Shown here one piece after another: positions 58,231-64,000 of a DNA stretch of 64,000 nucleotides. Under the pieces are notes generated by a model. The model was not told the DNA's origin, made no database searches, and was given only the letters and a program-made list of their open reading frames with translations. The stretch comes from Alloascoidea hylecoeti (taxonomy: Eukaryota). The DNA is taken from positions 434,001 to 498,000 of the forward strand of contig BCKZ01000015.1 of assembly GCA_001600815.1 (NCBI GenBank), given 5' to 3'. Position 1 is the first letter of the stretch; each line of letters opens with the position of its first letter. A program made the position numbers and the translations under genes.

Positions 58231-59505
58231 TTATATTTCAGAGTTTGAATTATGTAAATTGAGATCATCTATATTGTTCGAAATATTTAAATTGCTGATA
58301 ATAGAATCTCTGTTATTTAAAGTTTGACTTTGATTTCTTTCACGATTCTGATCTGAATTTATTGGATTTGGACTATTAACAGTTGAAGATAAATGAATTT
58401 GATTTATTGTATTTTCACGTCTTGGCCAAACGGAAGGTAAAGCTACTTGTTGAAATCTTGGGGAAACACATCTATCAACGAACCATTTACGTAATCTTGA
58501 TTCGATTAATTCACCAACTTTTGGAACATCTTGTAATTTTGAACGAGAGCCAATAAGGGATTTTATTTGAAATTCAAGTCTGTAATCAGGAGCAAAAGAA
58601 AAAAGTAAAGAAGCGCTACTTTTTTTCTTTTTCTCGTCGTTATTATCAGTAGCAGTAGTAGCAGCAGCAGCAGCAGCAGCAGCAGCAGTTTCAGTTGAAT
58701 CAGTAGGGATTAAAGTGATGGTTAAACAAGCGGAAAATCTCACGATTGAAACGCTTAAAGAAACAGGCAAAGCAGCCATTAATAATTTTGGATAATTTAA
58801 TAATAATTTGGACTCAACACCAAAAGTTAAAGTATCAGATAAATCAACATCAATTTTTGCTTCCAAACCAGAATTATCGGCGGTGTGTTTAATTCTACAG
58901 TTACTGAATATGGGGAAATCATCACCAATATCAACTTCAGTAACGTTAATTGTATCGATAAAGTCGGGTAATGTGAGGCCCGTTATGATCTCATTTAAAG
59001 TTTTTTCGAGCTTGCCATTTGTATTGGCTTCGTCTCTGAATTGACTAATGATCTGGGCAATTAAGACATTGAACCAATCCAGAGATTCGGGGGCATGGGT
59101 AGAAACGTTGTAATAGGTCTTTTCGAGGATGGTTGCTATGGAAACGTTGGGTTCAGGAGACTGGGGCACCGGAGTCTTCTTGTGGGACGGGGAAAGAAAG
59201 GAGGTGAAAGTTGCGGAGGAAGGAGTTGACGCATCGGAAAATATGAAGAATCTGATGGCGACGGCGACGATGAGGATGACACTGAGCTGGCCGATCTGTA
59301 CGAAAGAGTGTGAGGATGTATTGCACGGGTACGGGCGAGGGTAGAAGACTTACAATGAAACCCTGGGCAAACCCCCAGCTAGGCACGTGTTAGTAAGTGT
59401 GAGCAGACGGCCTCGGCGACGGACTTACCTGCTCCGGTCCTGGTGGAGGGACAGCTTATCGGAGATCTCTGCCAGCTGAGCTTGTACTTGTGGGACTTGT
59501 TCCAT
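58231..59505 (-). CDS. MMM1: ERMES subunit Mmm1. Exons 59505-59429, 59378-59354, 59295-58231
   Basis: Splicing restores the TM WGFAQGFI|IGQLSVILIVAVAIRFFIF. SMP domain: PESLDWFNVLIAQ, IGDDFPIFSNCRI, SLIGSRSKLQDVPK, LPSVWPR. Confidence 0.93.
58660..58687 (-). repeat. Trinucleotide microsatellite encoding poly-Ala in Mmm1
   Basis: (GCA)9 run on the + strand. Confidence 0.85.
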
Positions 59506-59520
59506 TAGGTGCTACTGAGT

Positions 59521-60184
59521 CTAAGCTACTATGAAGAAGGGCGACGGGCCGGGTAACACCGCGCGTCTCTGCGCTGTCTCCGCTCTTTGCGCTCTCTGCG
59601 CCTCGTCCACCTTGCCTGCGATTTCCTTCAGCGCCCCCCGTTCCTCGGCAGATATGGCGTCCTGGGGCAGGGGTTTGGCCAGTTCCGGCTCGATGTGCAT
59701 CTGTTGAAGCGCGTTCTTCACGCACTCCACGCTGATGTTGTGCGGAATGTTGCAGTTGGCCTTACGCCTGGTCTCGTTGTGGGAAAACGTAGTCACGTCA
59801 ATCAGTTTACTGCCCACGGTCATGTTAGACACTCGCTTGGGTTGCCCTTAATACAGCATAGCATGCGCACAAAACTTACTCTCCTGTCTCGTTCACAATG
59901 TCATTCAGTTGCTGCTCTCGTTCCCGGTTGTGGTGCGGAGATCCGCTTATGTTGCTGCTGTTGTCAGTTAAGTGCAAACCTTAAATACTTCTGCTCGTAG
60001 TGCTCACCTTGGGTTGGTTCTTATGGTGGTTTCTGCCAATAATGGTGTTCTTTCTGTCTGCTGTTCCATTAATTTTGTTTTGGTTAGTGTTTCGAATAAC
60101 CAATACTGTAATCATGTACCTAGAACATACCTGGGGATCGTCCTTTTCTTCGCCCCCTCTTAGACAAGACAATATAATTCCCAT
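59521..60184 (-). CDS. MEH1: EGO/Ragulator anchor Ego1/Meh1 (LAMTOR1-like). Exons 60184-60131, 60060-60008, 59957-59880, 59809-59521 (~157 aa)
   Basis: Lipidation-type N-terminus MGIILSCLR, dileucine ERTPLL, and REQQLNDIVNETGDKLIDV (cf. Ego1 REQELRDIVANTNDKLIDI). Three GT-AG introns splice in frame; the acceptors of introns 1 and 2 are tandem CAGCAG, so +/-1 codon is possible. Confidence 0.85.
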
Positions 60185-60755
60185 AGTAGTATAAAAAGTG
60201 AAAGTTGAAGACACAAACCTTAAAAGACAAGAAACTTTATAAATTAAAATGAATAGAAAAAAATCAACCAAACAATTATTATTAGCAATGGTCACGTGTG
60301 TGATCTTAAGGTATGGCTCAACTTTAAAGAGCACAACTTCCCTACAGCCGATTATTCTCCATAACCATAACAGACAATGGAGTTTCCTGTTGTAGCCACG
60401 ATTAGTAAGCTTCATTTAAAATATGTAGGAATTTCTGGTTATCCCACCCCTTTGAGCTGAATGAGAGACACTCTTGAGGATCCTTTCGAGGAAGTCAGTC
60501 CGAGCTTCTTAGAATAGATTACAACTGGATAAAAGATCATTCAAGGTTTGTTTCTCCATGTCCGATTATTCTCTAAATGAAATTGTGTATTCAGCATTAG
60601 TAAGGAATACCTCTTATGATTAGTAATGGTATTTTTTATCGAAGAACATTAATAATCCTCTTTAAGCAATACTTATTTCTTATATTTTTTTTTTCGATCA
60701 TTTTTTTCATTTTTTCATTTTTTAAAATTTCTACTATTATCAGATCTTAAAAGGA

Positions 60756-62783
60756 ATGGGTTTTTTGGATATCCCAGATGAGGTTATTCAAATTATCATT
60801 TCTTACCTTGATATATCATCTTTTTACAATCTTTCACTATCATGTCCTACTTTATTGAAATTCTTTATAAACCCTCAATATGATAAATTGTTCAAAAATA
60901 TCTCTATACAACAACAATTTTATTTTCTAACTTCTGCAACTACTGATAGAAATACACAAACTCCTTGGAAAAATGCAATAAAAAGATATTCAAATATAAA
61001 ACAAAATTTTGATAAGGTTATTGATATATCTGATAAAGATTTATATAAACCGCCAAAAGTTTTGAAATCGGTTCCAGTTAATAAATCTTTATTATCACCT
61101 TTGGATTTTGTTTGCTCTATGCCCTTCAAAGGTCCATGTGGTTTATGTGTAGATTTCGATGAGGATGAAACTACTGTCAGCGATTCTAAAGTTTTAGATT
61201 TACAATTACGTGCTTGGGACATTAAAACACGACCAAATTGGAAACCAACAACTGAACGCCAAAATACATTTAAATGCAATTGTAATCAAAACTGTAATTG
61301 TTTATCTCGTTTTTCACAACCTCATAATCAACAAATTTCAACTATTATTCCAAATTCAAAAAGAAAACTTCATCTTATACCTTTATTAATCCTCGGTAAT
61401 CATGAATCAATTAATTTAAAAGATAATAATAATACTCTTGAAGTTAAAACTTCAAAATATTCAAATACTACTTGTTTAAATCAAGATGAAATAACAAATT
61501 GTCAATCTAATGTAAATACATGGGATAATCTAATATTTATGACTGGAAGTGCTTTTCAATGGAAAATTAAATTACCTTTAAACATAAATTTAAAATTCCC
61601 TCATAAGTTGAAATATGAAATTTATCATAATATTTTATATTTAATGTTTGTTGAAAAGCATAATTCAAAAGTAATTATTATGGCATATAAATGTATTGAA
61701 ATAAATCATAATACAGATAGCACAACCGATAAAACCACAAACATAAACCCAAATGATATTACTAATCAAAACTTTTCAAAACTTTTATGGATAACAAAAC
61801 TTGATGATAAATCACATTCAATTTATAGAGATATTTCGGTTAATCATAATTATATTGTTATTAGTATGTCATGGAATACATCAACTGTACATCCTGTTGT
61901 TGTTTTATTAAGAGATACTGGTCATATATTAGGTATTCATGAAAATTCACAAGGTTTTAAATATCATCGAATAAATGGATCATTTGTTATGTGCTATAAA
62001 CATGTTACTTGTCCTGATAAATTAAGTGATGATGATGACGATGATGATGATGAAGATGAAGATTATGTTAATTATGATGGTTGTGGTAAAAGATATGTTA
62101 CTAAAAATGGGATTTTTTCAAAACCATTAAAAGTATTTTTACAAGAATTAGAAACAAGTGAAAAGCATTGGAAATTATTAAAAAGAAGTTTTGGTTTAAA
62201 CTCAAAAAATTGTAATACAAATATACCTTTTGGATTAAAAATATTTATTGAATTACAAAAACAAAAATTAAAATCAAATGTTAAAATTGAAAAATCATTA
62301 CAATTAAATATAATTAATAATTTTTTATCTTCACAATTATCTCAAAATATGAATCAACATGAAGAAATTGAACCTTGGAAACCTGTAATTGTACAAGAAT
62401 CAAAACATTGTAAAATATATGAATCATTAAATTTTCAATGGTGGTTATTTGATGATTGTTTAATAACATTAGCACTTTTACCTGATGAAAAATTTAAAAA
62501 TGTTGATACAGATATGGTAATGTCTGATGTTGATTCAGATACATCAATAATTAATAATTCTCAAGAAACATCAACTTCTTCAAATACTTTAAATCCTACA
62601 CGTGAATCATATCGAAGAAATGGTTGTGTTTGTCTTTATAATTTTGTTACTGGGAAAAAGAAATATTATGATATGGGATTAATTAGTTTGGAAAAAGAAA
62701 ATAAGAAATGTTTACTCATTGATGATGATTTTTATGGTTTGGTTTTACATGATGATCATGTTGAAAAACTACAACATGATTAA
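60756..62783 (+). CDS. F-box protein with a divergent C-terminal region
   Basis: N-terminal F-box FLDIPDEVIQIIISYLDISSFYNLSLSCPTL in a 675-aa ORF. Substrate-binding domain not recognised. Confidence 0.8.
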   Translation: MGFLDIPDEVIQIIISYLDISSFYNLSLSCPTLLKFFINPQYDKLFKNISIQQQFYFLTSATTDRNTQTPWKNAIKRYSNIKQNFDKVIDISDKDLYKPPKVLKSVPVNKSLLSPLDFVCSMPFKGPCGLCVDFDEDETTVSDSKVLDLQLRAWDIKTRPNWKPTTERQNTFKCNCNQNCNCLSRFSQPHNQQISTIIPNSKRKLHLIPLLILGNHESINLKDNNNTLEVKTSKYSNTTCLNQDEITNCQSNVNTWDNLIFMTGSAFQWKIKLPLNINLKFPHKLKYEIYHNILYLMFVEKHNSKVIIMAYKCIEINHNTDSTTDKTTNINPNDITNQNFSKLLWITKLDDKSHSIYRDISVNHNYIVISMSWNTSTVHPVVVLLRDTGHILGIHENSQGFKYHRINGSFVMCYKHVTCPDKLSDDDDDDDDEDEDYVNYDGCGKRYVTKNGIFSKPLKVFLQELETSEKHWKLLKRSFGLNSKNCNTNIPFGLKIFIELQKQKLKSNVKIEKSLQLNIINNFLSSQLSQNMNQHEEIEPWKPVIVQESKHCKIYESLNFQWWLFDDCLITLALLPDEKFKNVDTDMVMSDVDSDTSIINNSQETSTSSNTLNPTRESYRRNGCVCLYNFVTGKKKYYDMGLISLEKENKKCLLIDDDFYGLVLHDDHVEKLQHD

Positions 62784-64000
62784 TCAATATAACACTCATA
62801 TATGTTTCTTTTTATATATACACATTCTCTTTTTTTCTTTTTATGATTTTCTATTGTTTGATAACTCATTTATTCTTGTGTTTACTGTGTCTTTTTACTT
62901 CATTTGTTTTATACTTTTTTATATTATTAGCTAGTTTTGCTTTGAAATGATGATTATGATGGATATCATATATCTATATAAATGTAATATATTATCATAT
63001 CTATATTTACCGCATTGCTTAATAAAGGGTCGAAGTATCCACATAGTTATAGTAATCATAACATTGGGCCAGTGGAATATGAAGCCTAATCGAGATTAAT
63101 GTTTTGAATAGTAGGTCCAGGAGTAAAATCTTAATTGATTTGTCCAAGTTAGCTATGGGTTGGTCTGTTCGACTAGGTGGGATATTAATAACATTGAATT
63201 ATGTCAGGTATTTGGTTTTCTATTAAACACAGCAAATGTTTGCATTTATACAAGAATTATTCCTACTTGTAATAGACAGATAGGATCTGGGGCTAATGCT
63301 TGTAAAAATACTATTAAACTTTTAATGTGCAAATTTCGGGGATCATTAATTACACGTGACCTGGGGGGGAAAAAAGCGCGGTGCATGTTGTGAAGGTCCC
63401 TCTTTTAATTTACGAGATGCATATACTCTTATATGACATTTTACTTGTAATCACAATAAGAATGAATCGGAAGGCTTGTAATTGGATCCTTATTTAATTC
63501 ATGTTGATCCATCGTGGTAACTTTAAATGTGCAGGGAGACTTAATAAATTTTATAATGGAAAAGCATGAATCGAAAAGGGATGCTGATCACAGATCTCCC
63601 ATAAGTATGACTACAAATTGTTTTATTTCTGGTGGAGATAAGGTTAATATTGGTTGTAACACAATTATTTGCATATGATCGTATTTCGAATTCGAGGACC
63701 AATGCCATGAACCTCGCGGAAATACTATGGCTGTCATAATTAATCGATTATAAGGTTCACAGACTTGCGAGTAATTATGAACATGAAAGATGCCGTATAT
63801 GCACAATTTTATAAAAATATGTTTATGGAATTTCCAAGTCTAGGCCAAGTCTATTAAAAGTATGAACGTTGAACAGTCATGACCATTTTATACCTGACAT
63901 TGAAATAAAAATATATAAAACGAAATATGACACAGCGTCTTTGAAGATATTTAAAGCTTTAAGTTGTATTAATTTCCTAATTTGTAAAAATCAGATTTAA

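Noticed and set aside
59506..59523. EGO1-MMM1 fusion by stop-codon readthrough
   Set aside because: The ORFs are in frame, but the spacer has a second TAG (ACT CAG TAG CAC CTA), so two readthrough events would be needed.
59456..60415. Several overlapping ORFs (59587-60000 +, 59456-59725 -, 59981-60415 -, 60000-60194 +)
   Set aside because: Explained as shadows or exon pieces of spliced EGO1/MMM1 in GC-rich DNA.
1..64000. CRISPR arrays, rRNA genes, intact tRNAs, intact LTR elements, point centromere
   Set aside because: None seen. The CACGTG sites lie in promoters and no CDEII/CDEIII arrangement was recognised.

Overview
AT-rich fungal nuclear DNA, most consistent with an intron-rich budding yeast (Saccharomycotina-like). 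It uses the standard code (CTG sits at conserved Leu positions), has many short GT-AG introns with CTAAC/CTAAT-type branch points, and shows Reb1-like CGGGTAA and Cbf1-like CACGTG promoter motifs. About 25 protein-coding genes can be supported. Several were rebuilt by hand from exons that the ORF track splits or misses: a Psh1-like RING ligase, ATG5, EXG1, a stand-alone CBS-pair protein, ELP5, VTC4, RPC17, a kinase-less MAD3-type gene, MMM1 and EGO1/MEH1. Tight gene clusters alternate with 2-4 kb gaps holding decayed DNA-transposon relics (pogo/Fot1-like, Tc1/mariner-like), an EXG1 pseudogene fragment and a nested inverted-repeat element. The most notable observations are: the EGO1 stop lies only 15 nt before the MMM1 ATG on the same strand inside a GC-rich island; the Mad3-type protein keeps a Bub1 CD1-like motif but has no kinase; there is a ferroportin homolog; and an orphan membrane protein carries a possible PNGase A-like remnant. 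All homology calls are from recalled motifs; no database searches were run.
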